A stretch of 64,000 bases of DNA from Eledone cirrhosa. Its lineage: Eukaryota. Under the pieces are notes generated by a model. That model searched no databases. It had not been told where the DNA came from and worked only from the letters and a program-made list of their open reading frames with translations. The stretch is taken from contig CAXHJY010000212.1 in assembly GCA_964016885.1 (NCBI GenBank), positions 62,001 to 126,000 on the forward strand, given 5' to 3'. Positions 1 through 15,431 of the stretch are shown piece after piece (within the stretch, counting starts at the first letter, position 1; each line of letters opens with the position of its first letter). Made by a program: the position numbers and the translations under genes.

Positions 1-965
1 AATGGCGTGGATGACCGGATAAGCCTTCAGTCAGACCTACTGGCTGTTACCCAATGGGCGGAAAAGAACAACATGTTACTGAACGAAGACAAATTCGAAC
101 TGATCCACTTTGGAAAAGAGGATGCTCTGAAACTCCCGTACTCCCTTCCCTCCGGGGAAACTCTCGTGGCATCTAACAACATCAGAGACTTGGGAGTAAC
201 CGTGGACAGCAAAATAAGCTGGACCACGCATATAAGCAGCAAAGTTGACATGGCCCGCAGAATGTGTTCCTGGATCCTCAGAACCTTCCAGTCGAGAGAT
301 TCCCGCACCATTATCCTTCTCTTCTCTACTTTTGCCCGACCACACCTTGAATACTGTTGTCCACTGTGGTCTCCCCACACGAAACAAAGTATCATGAAAC
401 TTGAAGCTCCTCAAAGGGCAATCACGAAAAAGATAGATGGCATGTCAGACCTTGACTACTGGGGTCGATTAGAAAACCTGAAACTTTACTCACTCCAACG
501 TCGCCGTGGGCGTTATATTATCTGCATGATGTGGAAAATGTTCCATCATCACTGCCCAAATGATGTTGGCATCGCCTTCAAGATACACCCAAGGCTTGGG
601 CCCCGTGCTATCCGTCCCATTCAAAAATCTAAATCGCAACTCATAACAACAATACGGCACAATTATTTCACCTCAATCGGCACAATTATTTCACCTCAAT
701 CGGCCCTGCTCTCTTCAACATCACACCAGGACACGTCAAAACAGAAACTGACCACACAAAATTCAAGAAGTCTTTGGACAAATTCCTCCAAGTAATGCCG
801 GACAAACCACCCACACCCGGATATGTCTCCGCAAACAGTAATTCTCTTCTCGAATGGGCCATGGTGCCCAAATCCTGAATTGAAAGACTTCGCCAGGTGG
901 TGCTATTAAGTTAGACATGGCCTGGGCCAATACTGGCCAAAACATTTCAAAGTTATTCAAAGTTA
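1..965 (+). mobile_element. CR1/L2-type LINE, 3' end (C-terminal RT/thumb region, 3' UTR, short tandem tail); continues beyond window start
   Basis: ORF 7..795 ([48 protein letters not shown]) is typical of the CR1-group ORF2 C-terminus. A local duplication of ggcacaattatttcacctcaatc near 656-702 frameshifts it. Ends in (tcaaagttat)-like tail units abutting (TA)n. Confidence 0.9.
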
Positions 966-3161
<2,196 letters not shown>

Positions 3162-5862
3162 AACTTTGAATAACTTTGAAATGTTTTGGCCAGTATTGGC
3201 CCAGGCCATGTCTAACTTAATAGCACCACCTGGCGAAGTCTTTCAATTCAGGATTTGGGCACCATGGCCCATTCGAGAAGAGAATTACTGTTTGCGGAGA
3301 CATATCCGGGTGTGGGTGGTTTGTCCGGGATTACTTGGAGGAATTTGTCCAAAGACTTCTTGAATTTTGTGTGGTCAGTTTCTGTTTTGACGTGTCCTGG
3401 TGTGATGTTGAAGAGAGCAGGGCCGATTGAGGTGAAATAATTGTGCCGTATTGTTGTTATGAGTTGCGATTTAGATTTTTGAATGGGACGGATAGCACGG
3501 GGCCCAAGCCTTGGGTGTATCTTGAAGGCGATGCCAACATCATTTGGGCAGTGATGATGGAACATTTTCCACATCATGCAGATAATATAACGCTCACGGC
3601 GACGTTGGAGTGAGTAAAGTTCAGGTTTTCCAATCGACCCCAGTAGTCAAGGTCTGACATGCCATCTATCTTTTTCGTGATTGCCCTTTGAGGAGCTTCA
3701 AGTTTCATGATACTTTGTTTCGTGTGGGGAGACCACAGTGGACAACAGTATTCAAGGTGTGGTCGGGCGAAAGTAGAGAAGAGAAGGATAATGGTGCGGG
3801 AATCTCTCGACTGGAAGGTTCTGAGGATCCAGGAACACATTCTGCGGGCCATGTCAACTTTGCTGCTTATATGCGTGGTCCAGCTTATGTTGCTGTCCAC
3901 GGTTACTCCAAGTCTCTGATGTTGTTAGATGCCACGAGAGTTTCCCCGGAGGGAAGGGAGTACGGGAGTTTCAGAGCATCCTCTTTTCCAAAGTGGATCA
4001 GTTCGAATTTATCTTCGTTCAGTAACATGTTGTTCTTTTCTGCCCATTGGGTAACAGCCAGTAGGTCTGACTGAAGGCTTATCCGGTCATCCACGCCATT
4101 GATGACCTTTTGGAGCTTGGAATCATCAGCGAAAATTTTAATGTTGCTGTGTTTGATGATGTCAGTGATGTCATTAATATAGATGATGAAGAGAAGTGGG
4201 CCCAACACAGTGCCTTGTGGGACTCCACTACTGACTTTGGCTGGGCTTGATTTGACTCCCTCAACTACAACATGTTGGGTTCTGTTTGACAGGAAGCTCT
4301 TGATCCACTGCAGCAGCTTTCCAGTGACACCAATATTGGACAGCTTTCTCAGTAGAATGTTATGATCAACCCTGTCAAAGGCCTTGCTGAAATCAAGGTA
4401 GATAACATCAGTGTTGGAACCCTCTCCCAAGGCTCTCAAAATGTCATCAAAGTGATGCAGTAGTTGCGTCAGGCAATCCCTTCCATTACGGAATCCATGC
4501 TGGTTGGAGTTCAGCATATTGTTACTCTCAAGGAAGTGGGTCATTCGCGATCTCACCACTCGCTCAAATACCTTAATGATATGAGAGGTGAGTGAGATTG
4601 GACGGTAATTCACGGCAAGGGATTTGTTTCCCTTTTTGAAAACTGGGACAACAGACTGGGATAGAAGGTTTTCTGGCACATATCCAGCATCCAGTGAGTT
4701 CCGCCACAGATTGGCAAGAGGAGAAGCAAGTTGGTGTTGACACGCCTTCAAGACACAAGCAGGGAACCTATCGGGACCTACTGCTGAATTATGCTTGATT
4801 TCCTTTATTGCCGCCAAGACATCAGGGGCGCCAAACGTTATGTCCGATAAGGTGTAATGGGGAGTAACATCGCCGATACAGCCCAGATCGGCCATATCAG
4901 GATTGCTGAAAACAGAGCAGTATTGTTTCTGCAGTATCTCACCCATGGTTTTAGCATTGTCTTGAAGAGTGCCATTTTCATCAATTAGAGGGCCAACAGT
5001 AGAGCCAGTGATTTTGTGTTTTTTTGCAAATGAAAAGAACACTTTGGGATTGAGTTTGATCTTCTCAATGGCCCAGGCCTCTTCAGCTCTTCTCTGATTG
5101 TTGATGAGGGACATTATGTTGTTTTGGAGGTTATGTTTTTTAATCTCTAGTGATGAAATGGCAGTCAAGTTGATGTGTTGCTGCTGACAGTATTTCAGCT
5201 TGTTGATTTTTTTGTTCGTTCTCTTAATTTTTCTGATGAGTGTTTTTCTATTTCTAGGGATTCTGCTCTTAGATTTGTTTATAGTTCTTAATGGGGTGTG
5301 TTTAGCACATATGTTTGTAACAGTGTCCACAAATGTCTGCCAGGACTTTTTGATGTTAGTGGGTGTATGAGTGTGCGTGAAGGACCAGTCGACATGTGCA
5401 AGATCATGACTGATCGCTTCCCAGTTTGCATTGTGGAAATCCATAGCGTCAAACGGATGGACAGGAGAAATGACATTGGGTTTGTATATTGGACGGTGGA
5501 AACTCAGATCACAGAGAACCATGTCATGATCAGAGAGTAGAGTTTTCTCCACTGCAATATTGTGGATATTGTCAGTGTGATTGCTGAAAATTAAGTCTAG
5601 GACGTTTTTGTGGCACCTCGTTGGTTCGAGCACTAGTTGGGATAGGAAGAAATCATCCATGAAGTCAAGAAGCGATTCCACAGCTTCCCTGTCAGAGGTT
5701 GAAGCAGAAGAACCTGGTGGCAGGGTGTTTGTGGACCAGTCAACTCCGGGGAGGTTGAAGTCCCCCATCATCAAGATGTTGTCAGGGTGACACTCTTGGA
5801 TGAAACACTTTATGCTGTTGAGGCATTCCTTGAAGCATGGTACAGGCGTTTGGGGTGGCCTA
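3162..5862 (-). mobile_element. 5'-truncated CR1/L2-type LINE, same family as 1-965, opposite orientation
   Basis: 3162-4098 is the near-identical reverse complement of 1-965. Upstream ORF has APE endonuclease motifs (YRPP, GDFN, SDH) and RT motifs ([31 protein letters not shown]). The 5' end is cut at YRPP inside (TA)n. Confidence 0.93.
3248..5862 (-). pseudogene. LINE ORF2 (partial APE endonuclease + reverse transcriptase), frameshifted near 3905 and 3620
   Basis: ORFs 3903..6527 (real part only up to ~5862), 3574..3900 and 3248..3577 are consecutive pieces of one ORF2; single-base deletions relative to the + copy. Confidence 0.85.
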
Positions 5863-5917
5863 TACATATATATATACATATATATATATATACATATATA
5901 TATATACATATATATAC

Positions 5918-5966
<49 letters not shown>

Positions 5967-5991
5967 CATATATATATATACATATATATAC

Positions 5992-6040
<49 letters not shown>

Positions 6041-6225
6041 CATATATATATACATATATATATACATATATATATACATATATATATATACATATATATA
6101 CATATATATATACATATATATATATACATATACATATACATATATATACATATATACATATATATATATATACACATATATATATAAACATATATATATA
6201 AACATATATATATATATACACATAT

Positions 6226-6256
<31 letters not shown>

Positions 6257-6274
6257 TACATAAATATATATATA

Positions 6275-6340
<66 letters not shown>

Positions 6341-6351
6341 TATATATACAT

Positions 6352-6393
<42 letters not shown>

Positions 6394-6430
6394 ATATAAA
6401 CATAGATATATATATATATACACATATAGA
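5863..6430. repeat. (TA)n/(TACA) microsatellite
   Basis: Directly visible. Confidence 0.95.
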
Positions 6431-6609
6431 TATAAACATACATAGATATACACATGTACGTTTTTATACTCATCGACGCGTACACACGTACATTCACACA
6501 CACATATAGTAATATGTATACGTACACACATTAATACGCATACATACATACGTACATGTACACACACATGTATATCTTCCCCCTCAACAAACACACACAC
6601 ACATGTATA

Positions 6610-7505
6610 TAACAACAACAGTAACAACAACAGCGACAACAACAACAACAGTCACAACAACAACAACAGTCACAGCAACAACAACAACAATAGTAACAAC
6701 AACAACAGCGACAGTCACAACAACAACAACAACAACAACAGTAACAACAACAACAACAACAATTACAACAACAACAGTAACAACAACAACAACAACAACA
6801 ACAGTAACAACAACAACAGTAACAACAACAGTAACAACAACAGTAACAACAGTGACAACAGCGGCAACAACAACAACAACAGTAACAACAACACCAACAA
6901 CAGTAACAACAACAACAGTAACAACAACAGTAACAACAACAACAGGCACAACAACAACAACAACAGTAACAACAACAGTAACAACAACAACAGCGACAAC
7001 AACAGTAACAACAACAACAGTAACAACAACAACAACAACAACAACAGGCACAACAACAACAACAGTAACAACAACAGTAACAACAACAACAGCGACAACA
7101 ACAACAACAGTAACAACAACAACAGTAACAACAACAACAACAGTAACAACAACAACAGGCACAACAACAACAACAGTAACAACAACAGTAACAACAACAA
7201 CAGGCACAACAACAACAACAACAGTAACAACAACAGTAACAACAACAACAGGCACAACAACAACAACAACAGTAACAACAACAGTAACAACAACAGTAAC
7301 AACAGTGACAACAGCGGCAACAACACCAACAACAGTAACAACAACAACAGTAACAACAACAGTAACAACAACAACAGGCACAACAACAACAACAGTAACA
7401 ACAACAACAGTAACAACAACAACAACAGTAACAACAACAACAGTAACAACAACAGTAACAACAACAACAGTAACAACAACAACAACTCTAAGAACAACAT
7501 CAACA
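6610..7505. repeat. Interrupted (AAC)n trinucleotide repeat with GTA/GGC/GCG variants
   Basis: Directly visible; source of the poly-T/poly-V/poly-L ORFs. Confidence 0.95.
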
Positions 7506-8024
7506 AGGTACTAAAATGTAATTTACACACTGACAAGGCAGAGTCGGGTGGTGTAGGGCTGGTGGAGGGGCAATGATGGAGGGCTGCGTTTAAGAGGGGA
7601 GAGATGGAGGGGGGAAGGAGCCGGAGGGGGGGATTAAATAGGGGAGAAATGGAGGGGGCGGGGGGCGGAGGGGGCAGGGAAGTTATAGATTTTGTGTAGC
7701 CGGTGTTGAAAGGATTCAAGGGTATAAAGTGGGTAGTGATTTCAGTGTGAGGGCGATAGTGTGTGCGTGTGTGTGTTGGTGTATGTGAGTGTATGTGTGT
7801 GAATGTGTGTGAATGTGTGTGAATGGGTGTGTGTATGTGTTTGTGTGTGTGTGTTGGGGTATGTGCGTGTGTGAAAAAGATCTTTGATAATTGGATGGTG
7901 GGGTGGTGGTGTGTGTGGGGGTGTTGGTGGGGTGGTGTGTAGTGTTTGGTGAGGGTGGGTGTATACAGAAAGAAGAATGTGAATTAGAAATAAAAACACT
8001 GGGTGGGTGGTGTGAAGGTTAATT

Positions 8025-8067
<43 letters not shown>

Positions 8068-8069
8068 GT

Positions 8070-8259
8070 AATTGTTTCTACTTTTGGCACAAGGCCAGCA
8101 ATTATCCAGTGCATTACTGGTACTTTATTTTATCGACCCCGTAAGGATGAAAGGCAAAGTTAACCTCGGCGGGATTTGAACTCAAACCATAAAGGGGCGT
8201 AACTCTTTGCTGCAAAGCATAGCGTCAGACCCTCTACCGATACTGCCAATCCACCGCCC
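8070..8259 (-). mobile_element. tRNA-derived SINE, family A (full length)
   Basis: Reverse complement reads gggcggtggattggcagtatcggtagag (A-box-like) ... gagttcaaatccc (B box) ... ctttgcctttcatccttacggggtcgataaaataaagtaccag (conserved core) ... aaagtagaaacaatt; several more copies in the window. Confidence 0.88.
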
Positions 8260-8382
8260 TATATATATATATATAGTAATAATAATAAATTTGAAGACTA
8301 AAATCCAAAGAGGGCTCGATAAGGATAAATATATATCAAATATATCAAATATATAAGAACCGTAGAGCAAATATTTATTAAG

Positions 8383-8561
8383 ATAACAGATAAAAGTTTA
8401 AGCAAAGAATCGCTGCTTTCACCCTTAACGAAGACGTCTTCCTCCGGTTGCAACGTTTTTTGAAATATTTACTTCTACGTTTACAGATTGACTTTGTTAG
8501 TTTCAGAAGATCCCGTTAAGGGTGAAAGCAGCGATTCTTTGCTTAAACTTTAATCTGTTAT
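8383..8561. repeat. Fold-back element, ~48-bp inverted arms (MITE-like or Penelope-derived)
   Basis: ataacagataaaagtttaagcaaagaatcgctgctttcacccttaacg / cgttaagggtgaaagcagcgattctttgcttaaactttaatctgttat. Confidence 0.8.
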
Positions 8562-8655
8562 TTTAATTAAAAAATAAAAATATAAAAAAATATATATATA
8601 TATATATACACATATATATGTATGTATATATATATATATATACACATATATATGG

Positions 8656-8734
<79 letters not shown>

Positions 8735-8753
8735 TATGTATATATACACATAT

Positions 8754-8811
8754 GATGGCTGCCCCCTCGTTATCGAGTATGGCCATTGCACAATAAAAAA
8801 AAAAAAAATAA

Positions 8812-8879
<68 letters not shown>

Positions 8880-8883
8880 AATA

Positions 8884-8914
<31 letters not shown>

Positions 8915-9074
8915 AAAAGATATATATATATATATATATACACACACATATATATACATATATATATATATACACATATATATACACACACACATACATA
9001 CACATACATACATATATACACACACACATACATACACATACACTCACACATATATACACACATACATTAATAAC

Positions 9075-9117
<43 letters not shown>

Positions 9118-9207
9118 GCAATAATAATAATAACGACAACAACAATAATAATATACATATTCATATATATATACACACACACGCACGCACATAAGCATAT
9201 CTACACG

Positions 9208-9238
<31 letters not shown>

Positions 9239-11272
9239 GATAGCAACTAACAGTGCTGCGATCGAATGTGGCTTTTTAGCCCAGCCAATGATCCAAAATG
9301 TCTTGCACAGAGTCGGCAACCAAAACATTTACTGGGAATAGTCGGCTGTGGTTGGAGTTCGTGTACTTTTGCATGTCGCTTGAGTCCTCCTGCTGATTTA
9401 CATTCTCTACCACATGTTTGGCAAGCATGATGAGTAGCATCTCCAACAGCAGCCTGGTAGTCAACCACTGGTCTTACTTTATGACTGCGAAGATGACTTT
9501 CGAGTCCAGCTTTGCTTAGGCAGAGTCTCGCACAGACGCTGCATGTCAGAAACATAGGAGGACCCTCGCCGTCTGGAAGTGCAACAGCAATACCCTTCCT
9601 CACGTCCCGCTTTACTTTCTCGTGTGCGATTCGAGATGCCTCAAAGGCAACTTTTCCCTCATATACAGTCTTTCTCCATTTATTACGATCAGCAGCAACA
9701 CTTTCCCATGTATCAGCAGAGATGTTAGCGTCTCTCAGAGAGGCCTTCAAGGAATCCTTATACCTCTTTTTTGGTTTATGTGGCGGTCGTTTTCCTTTAA
9801 CCAACTCTCCATAGAAGAGTTGTTTTGGTATTCTAGAATCCTTCATCCTGGCAAGGTGACCACTCCAACGGAGTCGCTGCTTAAGCACAAGAGCTTCTAT
9901 ACTGTCACACATAGAGCTTTCCAAAATCTCGACATCACTGATGTGGTCCCTCCAGTGAACGCCATGTATCCGTCTGAGACACATCTGATGGAAACGCTCC
10001 AATTGCTTAAGGTGGCGTCGATATGTGACCCAGGTCTCGCAGGCATAAAGAAGACAAGAGAGTACACATGCCCTGTACACCCTTACCTTTGTCCTCCTGC
10101 ATATGTCTCGCCGACCCCAGAGTCGCCTTTCTAGCTTTCCGAAAGCATCACTTGCTTTCCTAATCCTAAGTGAGATTTCACTGTCAAGGTTGCCGTATCG
10201 ATTGACAGTGCTTCCCAGGTAGACAAACTGATCAACCACTCCAAGTCGTTTGCCATACACATAGATGTTTGGTTCAGTGTACTGCCTACCAGGTGCAGGT
10301 TGGTACATGACGACGGTTTTCTTGAGACTGACAGTCAAACCCAGGGCAGTGCAAGCGTCAGAAAATACATTCAAAATGTGCTGCATATCACTCTCTGTGT
10401 GCGCTACAAGATCGCAATCATCTGCATACAAGAGGTCTCTTATGACTGATGTAAATACTTTTGTCTTCGCAGCAAAGCGCCTGATGTTAAATATGCTGCC
10501 TGAGGTTCGATATCGGATGTAAACACCATGCTCGCAATTCCTGAATGCAATACAGAAAACCATTGCAAAGTATATGGCAAACAGGGTCGGTGCTGGAATA
10601 TCCCCCTGTTTCACTCCATTTTTTACTGAGATAGGCTCCGACATGTTACCTCCGACATTAACCCAAGCCTTCATGTCGTCATGGAAAGACCTAACTAAAG
10701 CAAGGAACTTATCAGGGCAACCAAGTTTCTGGAGAACCTTCCATAATGCATCTCTGTTGACAGTATCGAAAGCCTTTGTCAGATCGACAAAAACCTGATA
10801 CAGATCCAAGCCCTGTTCAATGCACTTCTCCTGGAGCTGTCTAGCTGAGAAGATCATATCAGTAGTGCCGCGTCCAACACGAAAACCAGATTGACTTTCA
10901 GGAAGGACACAATCTGCAATGTGTGTCAGCAGACGGTCCAGAAGCACCCTACATAAAACTTTCCCCACGACAGAAAGCAATGATATACCTCTGTAGTTCC
11001 CACAATCATTCCTGTTACCCTTTCCCTTGTACAAGACCACCATTACTGCATCTCTCCAGTCCTCAGGCACGGATTCATTAGCCCATATCCTTCCAAACAG
11101 AGAGTGAAGATGTTGCAGGAGTCTCTCACCACCATATTGTAGGAGCTCAGCATGTATGCCATCCATACCTGGAGATCTTCCACTGTTCAGCTTCGAAATA
11201 GCCACTGCAACCTCCACAAGTGTCGGAGGCTCTGCGAGAGCTACTTTCACAGGACTTTCCGGAATGAGATTG
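8754..11272 (-). mobile_element. 5'-truncated RTE-clade LINE bounded by a 136-bp direct repeat (8618-8753 = 11273-11408)
   Basis: RT ORF; RTE-like 3' terminus gccatactcgataacgagggggcagccatc at 8754-8783 on the minus strand; microsatellite-rich 3' UTR. Confidence 0.88.
9247..11272 (-). CDS. RTE reverse transcriptase (5'-truncated, open through the stop) with three C-terminal C2H2 zinc fingers
   Basis: [57 protein letters not shown]; fingers CSVC..HLRSH, CQTC..HAKVH, CRLC..HIRSQH. The N-terminal YI-repeat part of the ORF is microsatellite. Confidence 0.9.
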
Positions 11273-11310
11273 ATGTATGTATATATATATATATATACAC
11301 ATATATATGG

Positions 11311-11389
<79 letters not shown>

Positions 11390-11420
11390 TATGTATATAT
11401 ACACATATATATGTATATAT

Positions 11421-11479
<59 letters not shown>

Positions 11480-11544
11480 TATGTATATATACACATATAT
11501 ATGTATATATATATATATATAAACACATATATATATATATACAC

Positions 11545-11575
<31 letters not shown>

Positions 11576-11684
11576 TATATATATATATATACACATATAT
11601 ATATATATATACACATATATGTATATATATATATATATACACATATATACGTAGCTTTTTGCTACAATGTTTTCTATACCTTTC

Positions 11685-11736
<52 letters not shown>

Positions 11737-11811
11737 GTATATATATATACATATATATATATATATAAATATGTATAATTCCAACCCGCCCGCCCTTCAA
11801 TCTTCTTCCTT

Positions 11812-11840
11812 CTGATGAAGGACTAGCGTCCGAAACGTTC
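11812..11840 (+). ncRNA. Degenerate minimal (Penelope-type) hammerhead motif
   Basis: CTGATGA-A-GGAC-tagc-GTCC-GAAA-CG-TT; core and stem II intact, palindromic ACGT stem III, stem I not convincingly paired. Confidence 0.5.
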
Positions 11841-11951
11841 AGACCCTCTTCCTGCTATATCAAGCGGTAACCTAATATATCCTTTCCATATACTGTACCG
11901 ATTGTGTTGTTATTTCTGTTTACCTTTTACATACATATATACATATATGTG

Positions 11952-12077
<126 letters not shown>

Positions 12078-12203
12078 CGTATGTGCACATATGTATATAC
12101 GCATATATATACATATATAGATACACACAGATATATATACACTACCCCAAGTATCGAGTACACTGTTGAGTAATGGTTTAACTAGTTTTAAACTGGTTCT
12201 ATC

Positions 12204-12238
<35 letters not shown>

Positions 12239-12510
12239 ATGAAATGACAGGAGGCTGGATGTGTGTAAATCCTTGAAAGGTTTAGTATACTATGATCATT
12301 TCAATGACCGGGTTCCGTATGAATCCGGTGATATCATCAGGTATTCGAAATAGAATACGTGAATGTAATAGGTAAAATCCATGGGGCTGAAAATCGAGGA
12401 CCCGAGGGCGACCGCTATCCTGTTCCTTCTTGACCATACGGAATAGACCAGCTCTATACAGTGGTGAACCTCAAACCTGAATATATATATATATATATAT
12501 ACACACACAC

Positions 12511-12648
12511 CCAGGAGAAGGAAGACCGAGGTTGGCATATGTTGATGCCCTAAGGGCAGACACCGGTCTCTTGGAGACTCAGGACATGAGGGACAGAGAC
12601 CTCTGGAAAGAACTCATCCATGGATCTCGGAATTTTACCCGCCCTAGA
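12511..12648 (+). mobile_element. Short 3' fragment of an RTE-like LINE (family also at 16791-16939, 27163-27190, 27403-27763)
   Basis: Encodes [21 protein letters not shown]..; ends ggatctcggaattttacccgccctag then (TA)n. Confidence 0.75.
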
Positions 12649-12699
12649 TATATATATATGGAGGAGGTTATAGTTCCCTTGAAGCATTGTGTAATGAGG

Positions 12700-12868
12700 T
12701 ATAAACGTTTGTATATGTATAATAAAGCCAAAACAATGCAGGTAAGGACATTTAAATAAATCTAAGGTAAAAGACTAATTGTCAACAATATCTTTTGCAT
12801 TTGCATTCTTTATTCTATGTCCATACCTGCATTGTTTTGGCTTTATTATACATACACAAACGTTTATA
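12700..12868. repeat. Fold-back element, ~50-bp inverted arms
   Basis: aaacgtttgtatatgtataataaagccaaaacaatgcaggtaaggacat / atgtccatacctgcattgttttggctttattatacatacacaaacgttt. Confidence 0.8.
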
Positions 12869-12962
12869 TATATATATATGTATAACAAAGGAAATGTGGT
12901 AAGGAACCAGATGGACCATAACGCACCAGAGTACTCAATACTTAGAGTAGTAGAGTGGGAAG

Positions 12963-13084
12963 TAGGAAAAAGTATGACCCCGAAGGCAGAGCTGAAGCCG
13001 TTTCGACGGCTATTTCATTTCTGGACTACAGAAATAGCCGTCGAAACGGCTTGAGCTCTGCCGTCGGGGTCATACTTTTTCCTA
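12963..13084. repeat. Near-perfect palindrome, 54-bp arms, 14-nt loop
   Basis: Arms 12963-13016 and 13031-13084, two mismatches. Confidence 0.88.
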
Positions 13085-13101
13085 TATATATATATACACG
13101 T

Positions 13102-13140
<39 letters not shown>

Positions 13141-13261
13141 TATATGGATGTGTGTGTGTATAGACAGACAGATAGATAGATGAGTGAACATATAGTAAGT
13201 GGCAGGGAGTGAAAAAGAAACAAGTGTTAGAAGAAGAATGGTGGGGGTTGTTATGAGGAGT

Positions 13262-13294
<33 letters not shown>

Positions 13295-13301
13295 CATATA
13301 T

Positions 13302-13357
<56 letters not shown>

Positions 13358-13599
13358 CGGGGGTGGGTATGATAGGTGGGTATGTCAGAATAACAGGGTT
13401 ACTGAGTACGATATATGTACTTGGAAGGTGCTCCTTAGCTTCTTGGTGGTGGTGGTGGCGGTGGGGGTAATATTGTTGTTGGGGTTGTCGCTGGTGGTGT
13501 CGGTAGTGCTGTTGTTGTTGTCAGACTACATTATCTAATGTGTCCTGTCTTTTACTCAGATATACCAACACAAGGCGACGAATTTACAGAACCGTTAGA

Positions 13600-13700
13600 T
13601 AGGAGAGGAACCCTCCCGCCGCCGGAGGTCGGGTGGCTGGTGCAGCGGGTGTCACTGGCCATCGTCCGCAGGGCGCAGCACCTCTGCCCTAGGCCCAAAG
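13600..13700 (+). mobile_element. Remnant of CRE-clade (RLE) non-LTR retrotransposon 3' end
   Basis: Translates GWLVQRVSLAIVR, resembling the CRE C-terminal 'WLFQRISLA..RGNA' motif. Confidence 0.4.
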
Positions 13701-13860
13701 CCAAATCACCTTCCCCCTTCACACCTCCCCACTCTTCTGCGACACCAGAGCTCTTGCCCCCCCCCCCTGTTCTTTTTCTTCTTCTTTTTATCTTTATCTT
13801 TCCCTATTCTATCTTTCCTTTTGATTCCCCCTTATTATTGCCGTCATTATAGTTGTCATT

Positions 13861-14030
13861 GGGTTGGCAGTATCGCTAGAGGGTCAGACGCCATGCTGTG
13901 TAGCATAGAGTTACGGCCCTTACCATTCTGAGTTCACATCCCGCCGAGGTTAACTTTGCCTTTCATCCTTACGGGGTCGATAAAATAAAGTACCAGTAAT
14001 GTACTGGCGTATTTGCTGGCCTTGTGCCAA
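13861..14030 (+). mobile_element. SINE family A copy
   Basis: Matches the 8070-8259 consensus. Confidence 0.85.
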
Positions 14031-14039
14031 TGTAATGCT

Positions 14040-14645
14040 GATGGTGTTGACGGTGGTGCTGGTAGTGGTGTTGTTGTTGGGTGGTGGTGGTATTGGTGGT
14101 AGTGGTGATGGTGGTGGTAGTGGTGGTGGTTGTGTGGTGGTGGTAGTGGTGGTTGTCGTAGTGGTGGTAGTGGTGGTAGTGGTGGTGGCTGTGGTGGTGG
14201 TAGTGGTAGTAGTGGTGGTAGCAGTGGTGGTGGTAGTGGTGGTAGTGGTGTTGTTGTTGGGTGGTGGTGGTATTGGTGGTAGTGGTGATGGTGGTGGTAG
14301 TGGTGGTGGTTGTGGTAGTGGTGGTGGTAGTAGTGGTGGTGGTAGTGGTGGTGGTAGTAGTGGTAGTGGTGGTAGTGGTGGTGGTAGTGGTGGTGGTGGT
14401 GGCTGTGGTGGTGGTGGTAGTGGTGGTAGTGGTGGTGATGATGGTAGTGGTGGTGGTGGTTGTGGTAGTGGTGGTAGTGGTTGTGGTAGTGGTGGTGGTA
14501 GTGGTGGTGGTAGTGGTGGTAGTGGTGGTGGTAGCGGTGGTGGTGGCAGTAGTGGTGGTGGTAGTAGTGGTAGTAGTGGTAGTGGTGGTGGTGGTGGTGG
14601 TGGTGGCTGTGGTGGTGGTGGTAGTGGTGGTAGTGGTGGTGATGC
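14040..14645. repeat. (GGT/AGT)n trinucleotide repeat
   Basis: Directly visible; source of the Gly/Val/Thr ORFs. Confidence 0.95.
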
Positions 14646-15016
14646 TGATTATGTTGCTTATGAAAGGGATGATGATGATGGATATGCCACCGTCCCAGCC
14701 ATCAATCCCCCTCACACCACATTCTTTTACTCGTTCACCCTTCCAACCCATTTAGCTTACATTGCCCCACCCACACCCCTCCTCGCCCTCACCCCACCCC
14801 CACCATCACACAGCACCCTCTCCCCACCCCCACCATCACACAGCACCCTCTCCCCACCACCACCATCACACAGCACCCTCACCCCTCCTCCACCCCACCA
14901 TCACCCTCTCCCCCACCACCACCACCCGGCCAAAAATAGTTATTCAGGGTGGAAGGTGTCGGTGAGGTTGCTGTTATCTTCGTGTCAACCTTATCTTGAG
15001 CGTGAACTTCAACTGG

Positions 15017-15071
15017 ATATATATACACACACATATATATATATGTATATATATATATGTATATATATATG

Positions 15072-15104
<33 letters not shown>

Positions 15105-15388
15105 GTATATATATATGTATATATATGTATATATATGTATATATATATATGTATATATATATATGTATATATATATGTATATATATGTATATATATATAT
15201 GTATATATATATGTATATATATATGTATATATATACATATATATATATGTATATATATATATATGTATGTATATATATGTATATATATATATATGTATAT
15301 ATATATGTATATATATATGTATATATATATGTATATATATACATATATATATATGTATATATATATATATGTATATGTATATATATAG

Positions 15389-15431
<43 letters not shown>

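Noticed and set aside
7545-7700. G-rich tract as a functional G-quadruplex
   Set aside because: Low-complexity sequence with no supporting context
6584-7719. Thr-rich mucin-like, poly-Val and poly-Leu ORFs
   Set aside because: (AAC)n repeat without splice or domain support
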